In this document: piece after piece, positions 18,516 to 27,616 of the stretch | How positions within the stretch are numbered: the stretch's first letter is position 1 | Layout: each line of letters begins with the position of its first letter | Source of the DNA: Candidatus Woesearchaeota archaeon | GTDB taxonomy: Archaea; Nanobdellota; Nanobdellia; Woesearchaeales; JAAOYA01 | Direction: 5' to 3' | Assembly: GCA_018221105.1 (NCBI GenBank) | Contig: JAAOYA010000010.1 | Span: 1-64,000 of the forward strand | DNA: 64,000 nt | Program-made: the position numbers and the translations under genes | The notes under the pieces: model-generated | The model's input: only the letters and a program-made list of their open reading frames with translations | What the model was told of the DNA's origin: nothing | Database searches by the model: none

Positions 18516-20246
18516 TTAGTTAGTAATATCAATTAGGTTTTTAACACCGTTTTTTAGTGCAGTAGTTGATTTATTAGCAGTTTGCCATACATAAAAAACG
18601 GGTGTTATATTATACATTGTTGGAAAACCTGCAGTACTGTTTTCATCATAGTTAAAAGCCCATCGTTTATTGCCACTGACTATAAACTTATCAAAAACTC
18701 CTGTGTACTGGTTTCCATTTGCAAGCCTAATATATACTGTTTTGTCAGTGTATGCAGTGTAGGAACTTCCGATTGTTGATGCTTCAACACCTTCTATTAT
18801 CAAGCTTCTTCCAGTGGCTTCATCTACTGATTCACAGTTTGTAAAACTATAATTTACAACTCTTGACAAATCTTTTGACGAGTTCAGGTACGCTTTTAAC
18901 GTCCAATTCAATGCAGTTTGTCCATCAATAATGCCATAACAGTGTCCATTTTGCAAATTGTTACCTAATGCTGTATCATTAAGCTCTAAAACAATAGTTT
19001 CATCATATTCTAGTAAAAGACTGTGATATGCTGAAGTGTTTATTGTTAAATTTTCATTCAATTCTGAACTTGTAACTATTATAGTCTGATCTAGTGTAAT
19101 ATTGTAAACGTTTATCCAATCCATATAATTGCCGTTATTGTTAAAGAAATAAAAATCCAGCACTGTATAGGGTCCAGTGTTAGTACTGTCATTTACTGCC
19201 AGTACAAAAATCCCGTCCCTATACATCGTTAACTCACTACCTACTCGTTTCAAAGTACTATTAAACCAAGTGTTCTCATAGCCATTCTCAGAGATGTTAA
19301 CAATTACCATATTTCCTTCTCCACCATCAGAATCTGTTTCAATTACATTATATTTATCAGGGTCGTTATTAAACGATAAATAATCATAATAGCCAGAGCC
19401 TGCTTTGAAATAAGTATCTCCTGTTCCTACTTGTTCTCCTAATCCAGCACTTACTAAATGGTTTATTTTTACTCTTGTTTCTATTAACCAGTGCTCTCCA
19501 ACACTAAGATTGCTTTTGTAAATATCGCAACGACCAGAAGCCTCATTGCAGTATACATATCCACTAGATACTGCCATTCCAGCATCACCAGTTGTCCAAT
19601 CACTTATATCATTATCATCAAAATTATCCTCAAAAACCAATATTTTATGTTCTGATAAATCTATAGAATAATGCGATGTATCAATCCACGGATCAAGTTT
19701 TGTTTCCGTCCCATCCCAATTCTCAGTTATAATATCAAATTTTGTTTTCCTACCGAGGGGTTGTCGCACTTTTACTCTAAAAGTATTCTCTTGATTTTTG
19801 TGCAATAAAATTGTTTGGGCCGCACTCGTTTTAAAATTTTGTGAATACTTATGAACTGGAATAGTAGTCCACTCATAAACAGTTAGTTCCTCAATTGTCA
19901 TGTTATCACAATAAGAAGAAATTGTTGTGCCATTTTCTAAAGTTGTAGTATTACAAACATAAGCATTGTTTTGTTCTACTGCTTTTGTATTTTCTTGCCA
20001 TCGCTCAAAGCTAACTACTTCAACAGTATTTTCAAAAATGTTGCTTATGTTGACTTGTCTATTAGAACTATCAAGATTTTCTATTGTGAACTCATAAGAG
20101 CATAATATTCCTTGACAACTAGCATATTCCCAACTTGAAATTTTAATATTGTTATCTTCTGCTTCTACTATTTTTTTTGCGCTTATAGAACTAACTAATA
20201 GCACAGTTATTAGAATTAATAAAATTGTTTTTTTCATGACACCCAA
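18516..20246 (-). CDS. Secreted protein with central beta-sandwich (concanavalin/LamG-like) domain
   Basis: Signal peptide; FEDNFDD...W, WFNSTLKRVGSELTMYRDG, DWINVY; many N-x-S/T sequons. Confidence 0.65.
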   Translation of the reverse strand: MGVMKKTILLILITVLLVSSISAKKIVEAEDNNIKISSWEYASCQGILCSYEFTIENLDSSNRQVNISNIFENTVEVVSFERWQENTKAVEQNNAYVCNTTTLENGTTISSYCDNMTIEELTVYEWTTIPVHKYSQNFKTSAAQTILLHKNQENTFRVKVRQPLGRKTKFDIITENWDGTETKLDPWIDTSHYSIDLSEHKILVFEDNFDDNDISDWTTGDAGMAVSSGYVYCNEASGRCDIYKSNLSVGEHWLIETRVKINHLVSAGLGEQVGTGDTYFKAGSGYYDYLSFNNDPDKYNVIETDSDGGEGNMVIVNISENGYENTWFNSTLKRVGSELTMYRDGIFVLAVNDSTNTGPYTVLDFYFFNNNGNYMDWINVYNITLDQTIIVTSSELNENLTINTSAYHSLLLEYDETIVLELNDTALGNNLQNGHCYGIIDGQTALNWTLKAYLNSSKDLSRVVNYSFTNCESVDEATGRSLIIEGVEASTIGSSYTAYTDKTVYIRLANGNQYTGVFDKFIVSGNKRWAFNYDENSTAGFPTMYNITPVFYVWQTANKSTTALKNGVKNLIDITN

Positions 20247-20334
20247 CCCCCCATTAAGTGTTAATACAGAATTTTTTGATTAGATTTTATTTAAGTGTTT
20301 GGTTTTACGTTCGTCTAACGAAAGAAAAATAAGA

Positions 20335-20625
20335 TTATTTTTTTATTTTATCTAATAATAGTTTTTTATCATTGAGATATATTACTTTTATTGAAATTAC
20401 AGTCACAACTATTGTAAATAAAAGAGTAAATATGAATTTAGATAAAAAAACAATACCACTACTTTCAATAATTGTAAATTTTTCAAGAAACCATACAAAA
20501 TAAACTTCAAAAAGCTCAAACCATTTTTGAATTAATACAATCACTAAAGCAAATAACAAGGCATACCAAAATCGATACTCTTTTGTCAAATCATCAAAAT
20601 CATGCAACCACTTTTTTAAAACCAT
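20335..20625 (-). CDS. Small membrane protein
   Basis: 96 aa, two hydrophobic segments, abuts the SIMPL gene. Confidence 0.55.
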   Translation of the reverse strand: MVLKKWLHDFDDLTKEYRFWYALLFALVIVLIQKWFELFEVYFVWFLEKFTIIESSGIVFLSKFIFTLLFTIVVTVISIKVIYLNDKKLLLDKIKK

Positions 20626-20626
20626 T

Positions 20627-21364
20627 TTATTTTATTTTGAATGTTACTGATACTTGTGCGTTTAAGTCTAGTTTTCTTGGTTCTATTTCACTTGCTGCTT
20701 TTATTGCTTGAGTGCCACTATCCGCTACAGCCATTTCCGCTCTGAAAATTGGGTATGGAGCATAACCATAATCACTGGTTGAAACTGATATCACGCTCGA
20801 GACTTTCTTGTCAAGCCCAGTGGCTACAGCGTCAGCTTTTGCTCTTGCGTCTTGTGCTGCTGTTGCTAATAGTTCTGCTTTTAGCTCGTTTTGTTTTTCA
20901 GTAGAAAGTTCAAAGTTGATGCTGCTAACTAATGCTCCGCCATCGATTGCTGCGTCAACAATTTTTGCGACTTGGTCAAAATCTTTAGTTGTGACTTTGA
21001 TGCTTTGCGTGGCGCGAAAACCAATACTTTCACGGGTTCCTTCATCCCACTCGTATTCTTCGTAAACATTGAATTGTTGCGTTTCAATATTATCGTTTTT
21101 AACACCTAAATTCAACAGTGCTGTTTTCACGTTTGCCATTTGTTGCGACATTTCATCACGCGCTAGTGTTGCAGTGTCTGCTAAAGCGTTAGCATTAACG
21201 TAAACTACTGCGCTGTCAGGGTCAGCCTGCATGCTAGCACTGCCTTGAGCGCTAATAGTAGTGTCATTATCAAAAATACTGTTAATAGTGATAAACATTG
21301 CTCCAACAATAATAACTGTGATAATAATTGCAGTTGCCTTCCAATCCAATTGTTTTTTCGCCAT
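20627..21364 (-). CDS. SIMPL (DUF541) domain protein
   Basis: N-terminal TM, GSASMQADPD, DARAKADAVA, VSVTF; GAGGT RBS. Confidence 0.9.
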   Translation of the reverse strand: MAKKQLDWKATAIIITVIIVGAMFITINSIFDNDTTISAQGSASMQADPDSAVVYVNANALADTATLARDEMSQQMANVKTALLNLGVKNDNIETQQFNVYEEYEWDEGTRESIGFRATQSIKVTTKDFDQVAKIVDAAIDGGALVSSINFELSTEKQNELKAELLATAAQDARAKADAVATGLDKKVSSVISVSTSDYGYAPYPIFRAEMAVADSGTQAIKAASEIEPRKLDLNAQVSVTFKIK

Positions 21365-21465
21365 TGATAGTAATACCTCAAAATTTGAATAAAAAAAGCA
21401 ATACGCTCAGTATTTATAAAATAATCTACAAAAATTTAAAAATAAGATAGAATGAAAAAGTAAGA

Positions 21466-21906
21466 ATGAGTAAACATCCGATGACATTAGACTACTCGCA
21501 TATTGAACGAATTATGCAATCTTATAATCAATCAATTACTGAATGCATGCGAGAACTATTATTTGGGGTTTCTTTTATTGATGATTTTATTTTATTTCAA
21601 GAAAACTCTCCTACAGTAGAAGATAATCATCATTTTGAGCATGTATTGTTCGAACTTGATGATATTTATAATAGATTATTGCTTAATGCCAGAGCTATAA
21701 TACACCATGATAAAATATGGCCTAAAGATCGTCATGATTTAGCAGATATTGTATTAAAAGCAGGAATACTAAAAAGAAAAATTGACACTCAAAAAACACA
21801 AGAAGGAATATTAGATGAAGAAGACCCTGATTACATATCTCCATTGCAGACAATTGAAGAAGTGAACGAACTATTTTATAGTACAACAACAAGTTATATA
21901 CACTAA
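21466..21906 (+). CDS. Acidic hypothetical protein (paralog of next ORF)
   Basis: 146-aa ORF sharing motifs with 21919-22323. Confidence 0.6.
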   Translation: MSKHPMTLDYSHIERIMQSYNQSITECMRELLFGVSFIDDFILFQENSPTVEDNHHFEHVLFELDDIYNRLLLNARAIIHHDKIWPKDRHDLADIVLKAGILKRKIDTQKTQEGILDEEDPDYISPLQTIEEVNELFYSTTTSYIH

Positions 21907-21918
21907 AGAAGTGATTAA

Positions 21919-22323
21919 ATGAAAGATTTAGTATACTTACAAAGCCCTATAGAAAGATATAATCACATACTTAACATGTTCGATCACGCTGCAGACATCC
22001 AAACAGCTCCGAGAGAAGACTCAGTAGAAGAAATGATTAGGGATATGGAATATAAATTTGTAAAAGAAAACTCTGACGAATTATACTCTGAACTATTGAA
22101 CAATGCAAAAGTAATACTTCTTAATCAACGCGCTTATGACTTAACACTTGAAGAAATTAAAGAAATGGAAGAAGACATTCTGGCAATAGGAGAAGTAAAA
22201 GAAGAACTTGATGAAGAAAGCTCCTTAGAAGAAACAATACAAAACACCAAAATAAGAATAGAACCAATAACATGCCTAAAAAAACTTAGAGAACACTTAT
22301 ACGGAACAAGCCAACAACACTAA
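21919..22323 (+). CDS. Acidic hypothetical protein (paralog of previous ORF)
   Basis: 134-aa ORF sharing motifs with 21466-21906. Confidence 0.6.
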   Translation: MKDLVYLQSPIERYNHILNMFDHAADIQTAPREDSVEEMIRDMEYKFVKENSDELYSELLNNAKVILLNQRAYDLTLEEIKEMEEDILAIGEVKEELDEESSLEETIQNTKIRIEPITCLKKLREHLYGTSQQH

Positions 22324-22367
22324 AAAAACCAAAACATTAAAAAAAGCTTTTAACGAATTAATGTTTT

Positions 22368-24086
22368 GTGAAAAAAACAAGTCTTTTACTAATTTTGTTA
22401 TTGCCTGTTGTTGTTGCAATACATTCTGAGCTAGAAGAACACACTATTGTAACAAATTCTAATTTTAAAATTGTTGAGCCTGACAACAAATTAAGCGTTG
22501 AATCATTAAAGCATGATGTCACTAATTTTTTACGGGTTATCAAAATTGTCGAGCCTTATGAAAAACTATCAAAAAATTATACTCCTCACACTATTAACAC
22601 TAACCAATTAGAAGTTTTTGTATCACTTTCAGATTATACTAAAGTTCACAGGCCAAAACCAGTCAATAAAAGCGATATTGTAGTGTTTGTTAACGTTACA
22701 GGAGACTATTATGATTATTTAAAAGAATATTTGAATTATCCAATAACTAATAACATATCAATTGCTAATTTTTTCATTCAATTAACTCCCACTAACAATA
22801 ATTTTACTTTAAACAATTTAGGCTTTGGAATGATCAACAATCACGTTAAAGTTTTTTCAAAAACTTCAAGGTATCCTTTTAATGCTTATATCAGCTCTTA
22901 TTATTTTGAGCGTAATATTATTGAAATTGTTGGCAACAGTGATAGTGGCACTATCGCAGCACTACGCGAATTTGTAGACTTGCAAGATGATTTTTTCTTA
23001 TACGATAACATTTTATTTGTTGATGGTGTTAGCGCACTAGCAAGTCATGACTACTTATTAGAAAACCCTAATGATTTTAGCGGAGCATTGTTTGGCCGTT
23101 ATGACAAAGTACAAAAAAGAGTTAAAACGAATGATGGCATAATATTACGATTGGAAGAATTAACTCCAAAACTTTCTGCAAAATATATTGAAGGAGTACA
23201 CAATGTCACATTGCCTATTGCTTTTGCTGGAGGCTTATGGTCTGATATTAACACTTGGCGCACGCTAGGACAAGACATGGCCGATAGTGGAAGATATGTT
23301 TTTCTTTTGGAGATTACTGGCGGACCATACTCTGAATGTAGTGATTGCCCAGATTACACTTACCAACAATTAATCGATGATTTTTGGCCGGCTTTAATTG
23401 CTGGAGTGCAAGCATATTCGAACAGTAACAAAATTCAGTATGTTGGTAGTAGTAATGGCGCCAGAACCGCCATTGACTCACTATCAAAGTATTACAGGAC
23501 TGGAAAGGATAACGCTGGATACTATTCTTTTAACAATGAATGGAGACCAACAACCCTAACCTCCAACCCTGTTGACACACTAATAGCAGTAGGAGTACCA
23601 GGAGCATTCGAAGGAATACTACCCGCAAGAGTATTCATTAAATTAACTGGAGATTATGCTACTAAAGAAATCAGGAGTTTAAATATTACACATGTCACGG
23701 CTCAAGACTTAGAAAAAGCAATTATTGGATTGGGCAACCCTGCCGAATCACCTATTGGAAAAATTTCTGTAAACTTGTGGGAACAATATCAAGAATGGAT
23801 TCTAAATAAAAACGATAAACAACCAGGCAACGGATTATCAGTAAACAATTTTTACTTAATTCAAAGTAATTTGTTAGTATCCAATGATATTATTGTTACA
23901 ACCAAAGATGAAAAAGAAATTTATAATCAAGTTGAGGCAAATAAAAAAATGTTGATTAATTATCCAACCCTGCATTCAAAAATGTCATCCACTCCTATGA
24001 TTCATATACTGTCTAAAGAATTATTAAATAAGCAAGATTTAAATAGTCAATTAAGAGCATTAGTACTAGATGAAAAAAATAAATAA
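22368..24086 (+). CDS. Secreted alpha/beta-hydrolase fold protein
   Basis: Signal peptide; AGGLWS oxyanion-like loop, YVGSSNG nucleophile elbow, NDIIV and late His; GTG start. Confidence 0.7.
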   Translation: MKKTSLLLILLLPVVVAIHSELEEHTIVTNSNFKIVEPDNKLSVESLKHDVTNFLRVIKIVEPYEKLSKNYTPHTINTNQLEVFVSLSDYTKVHRPKPVNKSDIVVFVNVTGDYYDYLKEYLNYPITNNISIANFFIQLTPTNNNFTLNNLGFGMINNHVKVFSKTSRYPFNAYISSYYFERNIIEIVGNSDSGTIAALREFVDLQDDFFLYDNILFVDGVSALASHDYLLENPNDFSGALFGRYDKVQKRVKTNDGIILRLEELTPKLSAKYIEGVHNVTLPIAFAGGLWSDINTWRTLGQDMADSGRYVFLLEITGGPYSECSDCPDYTYQQLIDDFWPALIAGVQAYSNSNKIQYVGSSNGARTAIDSLSKYYRTGKDNAGYYSFNNEWRPTTLTSNPVDTLIAVGVPGAFEGILPARVFIKLTGDYATKEIRSLNITHVTAQDLEKAIIGLGNPAESPIGKISVNLWEQYQEWILNKNDKQPGNGLSVNNFYLIQSNLLVSNDIIVTTKDEKEIYNQVEANKKMLINYPTLHSKMSSTPMIHILSKELLNKQDLNSQLRALVLDEKNK

Positions 24087-24516
24087 ATTAATACTTACTG
24101 GATTTATATTTGTTGGAATCTTTTTAGTCATGCTTACAACAAACACTTTTTTTTGTAAAAATTCAATAACTTGCTTAATAATATTCTATGCAACAGTAAC
24201 ACCTGGAAGTATAATTTTCATTCCTTTAAAAAATACTGGAATTGATTTTAGCTATATGGAAATTCTTTCTAATATTGTTGCGTATTTTGTTTTGGGTTTT
24301 TTGTTTTCATTGTTTTTTTTTCGCAAGCGTTCTCGTCCTGTTGCTGGCGGTCCTGTTCGCCCTGTTAGAGTTCAGCCTCAAAGACCTTCTAGTGGTCCTT
24401 CTTCTGGACAATTGAGTGTTGGTCAGCGTTTGATTGCAAAAACAAAGAATATTAATACAGTAAGAAAAAAGGCAGTGTATGACACACGAAAACGATTTTC
24501 CAGAATTAGAAGATAG
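24070..24516 (+). CDS. Membrane protein with basic Pro/Arg-rich tail
   Basis: Three hydrophobic segments; overlaps both neighbours. Confidence 0.55.
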   Translation: MKKINKLILTGFIFVGIFLVMLTTNTFFCKNSITCLIIFYATVTPGSIIFIPLKNTGIDFSYMEILSNIVAYFVLGFLFSLFFFRKRSRPVAGGPVRPVRVQPQRPSSGPSSGQLSVGQRLIAKTKNINTVRKKAVYDTRKRFSRIRR

Positions 24517-25129
24517 TAAGCGTCAAAAATTTTTCAAAATACTTATGGGTGTTATTTTAGGATTGCTTATTGTTTTGATGGTTATTCCGTATTATGCTGT
24601 TAAATTAGACCCTTCACCAAGTGTTATTCCTTCACCTGAACAAGTACTCTCTTCAAACACTATAATTCCAGAAGTTAATGTTAGTTCACGTGTTGATTAT
24701 AGAACTTTAATAAAACCTGTAGAGCCACAAGTGAAGTTTTTGGCTGATAGTATTGTTAGTAAAGCTTGTAATAGTGGTGAGAAAATTTGTCATGCAAAAG
24801 CTTTGTATTATTATGTTCGCGATAACACTGATTACGTATCAGACCCTATTAGTGCTGAGTACGTAGAGCACCCTTTAGAGGTTGCTGTTTCACAAGCTGC
24901 TGATTGTGAGAGTGGAGCAATACTTTTGGCGGCGTTGATGGAATCGATTGGTGTTGACGCACAACTAGTGTTTATTCCACAACATGCTTTTGTTAGAATA
25001 AAACTCGATGACGCGTCACAGCGTTACGTGCAGCCTGATGGTTGGATTTACTTGGATTGGACTTGCAAGAGTTGTTCTTTTTCAGAAGTGCCAAATAATA
25101 ATATTGAAAAGATTTATTTAGAAGTTTAA
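24479..25129 (+). CDS. Membrane-anchored transglutaminase-like cysteine protease
   Basis: YVSDP, ADCES..ILLAALMESIG, HAFV, WIYLDWT (Cys-His-Asp triad). Confidence 0.85.
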   Translation: MTHENDFPELEDSKRQKFFKILMGVILGLLIVLMVIPYYAVKLDPSPSVIPSPEQVLSSNTIIPEVNVSSRVDYRTLIKPVEPQVKFLADSIVSKACNSGEKICHAKALYYYVRDNTDYVSDPISAEYVEHPLEVAVSQAADCESGAILLAALMESIGVDAQLVFIPQHAFVRIKLDDASQRYVQPDGWIYLDWTCKSCSFSEVPNNNIEKIYLEV

Positions 25130-25515
25130 GACTCTTGAACACTTATACTTTCTAGATTTTGAGCTGGTTGCTCTGGGCTTTCTATTTCTCGTATTTTTTC
25201 TGTAACGAGATTTAAGTATTCTAATGTTTTTTCTTGGGAAGCTGAACCATTACTTAATCCTCTTACTACTAATAAGCTGTCATCTTTTCTGGTTCTGCCC
25301 ATTGCTATAACATGCAAAGCAGGAATAGTATTTCCAATTATATGGCATAATGTACTATAAGTAGGACGTGCTTGATTAAATCCTAAATTATAATCAATTG
25401 AACTAGTAACTTTAACTGTTACTCCCCAACCCATATCCTTTGCAGCCATTTCAAGAGCTTCTTCAAGAACTTGTCCCGATACTTTGTTTGGTAGTGTTAC
25501 ATTATAACATTTCAT
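25126..25515 (-). CDS. Hypothetical protein (paralog of 25586-25969)
   Basis: Shared N-terminal and C-terminal motifs with the adjacent ORF. Confidence 0.65.
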   Translation of the reverse strand: MKCYNVTLPNKVSGQVLEEALEMAAKDMGWGVTVKVTSSIDYNLGFNQARPTYSTLCHIIGNTIPALHVIAMGRTRKDDSLLVVRGLSNGSASQEKTLEYLNLVTEKIREIESPEQPAQNLESISVQES

Positions 25516-25585
25516 AATGTCATAATTTTAAAGTAATTTATTAAGTTTTCCAAAACTTATTAATAACTTATTTAGAAGTTTAAAA

Positions 25586-25969
25586 TTATTGTTCGCTTTT
25601 ATGGTCTTCTAGTTGATCTAAAATTCCTGATACATTGCTTAAGTATTCTTCAATCACTTCTTCACTAGCAATCCCATATGGAAGCCCACTACAAATCTTA
25701 AAACTAGATTGTTCTTTGCTTTCTCTGTTTATTCCTTTTATTTTGAATAATGGTACTGGTATATCTACAAATTCATGAAGTGGTTGATTTATTGCCAAAT
25801 TTGTGCCTGCATAAGATCTTTTAGTGTGAACAGGACTTAAAGAATATCCTGGTAAATACTCATCTTGTGTTCTTACCATAACCCTCATGTTTATCGCTGC
25901 CATATTGCATGCTCCTTCAAGTGTTTTCCCACTTACTGGATTTTTTAGTTCTACATTATGAATTCTCAT
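25586..25969 (-). CDS. Hypothetical protein (paralog of 25126-25515)
   Basis: Shared N-terminal and C-terminal motifs with the adjacent ORF. Confidence 0.65.
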   Translation of the reverse strand: MRIHNVELKNPVSGKTLEGACNMAAINMRVMVRTQDEYLPGYSLSPVHTKRSYAGTNLAINQPLHEFVDIPVPLFKIKGINRESKEQSSFKICSGLPYGIASEEVIEEYLSNVSGILDQLEDHKSEQ

Positions 25970-26054
25970 TTTGCTTTTTCATTTTATCTTATATTTAAAA
26001 TTGTCGTAAAAATAAATAAGTTTTATAAACTACTTTTTGTTTTCTTAGTAGACT

Positions 26055-26753
26055 ATGAGTGTACCTAAGCATGTTGGGATTATTTTGGATGGTAATAGGC
26101 GCTTTGCAAAACGCTTGATGTTGAAGCCTTGGAAGGGTCACGAGTGGGGCGCTAGAAAGGTTGAAAAACTTTTTGAGTGGGCTAAAGAGTTAGAGATTAA
26201 GGAGTTAACACTTTATGCTTTTAGTATTGAAAATTTTGATCGTCCTAAAGAAGAGTTTGATTATTTGATGACTTTATTTTATAAAGAGTTTGAGAAGCTT
26301 GTTAGTGATGAGAAAAAATTGTCGGAGAACAAGATTAAATTCCGTTTTATTGGTCGTATTAATATGTTTCCACAAGAAGTTCGAGAGCAAATGCGTTTGT
26401 TGATGGATAAGACTAAAGATTTTAATGATTACATTGTGAATTTTGCTATGGCTTATGGTGGTCGCGCTGAAGTTATTGACGCCACGAAAAAAATTGCAGA
26501 ACAAGTTAAGAGTGGTAAGTTGGATGTTGACGCTATCAATGATGAAGTTTTCAAAAAGAATTTGTACATGTCCGATGAGCCTGACTTGATTATTCGTACT
26601 AGTGGTGAGCGCAGGACTAGTGGTTTTCTTTTATACCAGGCTGATTATGCTGAGTTGGCATTTGTTGATAAGTTTTGGCCGGAGTTTGAAAAAGAAGATT
26701 TTGTCAAAATTATTGAAGATTATTCTAAAAGAGAAAGAAGATTTGGAAAGTAA
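26055..26753 (+). CDS. uppS: cis-prenyltransferase (polyprenyl diphosphate synthase)
   Basis: HVGIILDGNRRFA, YAFSIENF.R, YGGR.E, PDLIIRTSGE.R.SGF, RRFG. Confidence 0.96.
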   Translation: MSVPKHVGIILDGNRRFAKRLMLKPWKGHEWGARKVEKLFEWAKELEIKELTLYAFSIENFDRPKEEFDYLMTLFYKEFEKLVSDEKKLSENKIKFRFIGRINMFPQEVREQMRLLMDKTKDFNDYIVNFAMAYGGRAEVIDATKKIAEQVKSGKLDVDAINDEVFKKNLYMSDEPDLIIRTSGERRTSGFLLYQADYAELAFVDKFWPEFEKEDFVKIIEDYSKRERRFGK

Positions 26754-26776
26754 AAACTTAAATATAAGTTTTTTTA

Positions 26777-27142
26777 GTGCTATGTATGAATATAAACTAT
26801 ACAAACTTTGTTAGTGCAGCGCTTAGTAAATCAGCACCTGTTTATGAGCGAAGAGCTAACGGAGATGTTTTTAATATTATTGCGATTAATGAAAATAGAC
26901 TTACTTTCTATCAGACTTTATTTGGTTTTATAGAAGATCGATATAAAATTTTCTCAACACAAACATCAAGTCTTCGACCAGGGTCTAAAGAATGGCAAGA
27001 GGAATTTGATGAATGTGTGGAGTGTTGTGCTGAAGCAGCAAATAATTTTGTTGACAACCTGTTAGGTAAAATTGAAAACTCTGGTTTTGATGATGAGGCT
27101 ATTAGTATTCTTGAAGTGGCTGCGTGTAAAGATAAGAGTTAG
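26777..27142 (+). CDS. Hypothetical protein
   Basis: 121-aa ORF filling the intergenic space; no recognised motif. Confidence 0.45.
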   Translation: MLCMNINYTNFVSAALSKSAPVYERRANGDVFNIIAINENRLTFYQTLFGFIEDRYKIFSTQTSSLRPGSKEWQEEFDECVECCAEAANNFVDNLLGKIENSGFDDEAISILEVAACKDKS

Positions 27143-27173
27143 TTTTTTATACTTCTTTAGTAATTATTTTGTT

Positions 27174-27590
27174 ATGAAGAAAAAAAGGTCTCATAAGTCT
27201 CATGTTGATAGTGTTTTGGTTACTAGTTTGTTTCGTAACTTGTTTTTGATTATTGGAGTGTTTTTTTCTCTTTTAGTGTTTTTTAATGCTCCTTTTCTTG
27301 TGCACTACATTGGTTTGGTGCTCACTAGTGCTTTTTTATTTTTTGTTATTGGTCTGCTTGTTGATAAACTTATTTTTCGTGTTCGCCAATTGGATGCTTT
27401 AGTTAGTGTTGGTTTAATCTTGAGCGTGTTGATAGTGGGCATTATATTGCTTATTATTGTTGCTAGTGTTTATTCTGGCGATTGTGTTTTTGCTCAAGTG
27501 CAAGCTAAGAATATTTTTTCTGGTCAGTGTAAGACTTTTGCTAGTTCTTGCAAACCGTGGTATTATCAGCTTAGCGAGTATTGTAATTAA
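27174..27590 (+). CDS. Membrane protein with C-terminal Cys-rich segment
   Basis: Three TM segments, then C..AKNIFSGQCKTFASSCKPW..C; likely start ATG 27174. Confidence 0.6.
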   Translation: MKKKRSHKSHVDSVLVTSLFRNLFLIIGVFFSLLVFFNAPFLVHYIGLVLTSAFLFFVIGLLVDKLIFRVRQLDALVSVGLILSVLIVGIILLIIVASVYSGDCVFAQVQAKNIFSGQCKTFASSCKPWYYQLSEYCN

Positions 27591-27616
27591 GTGTTAGATA
27601 CAAATTAATTGTCAGC

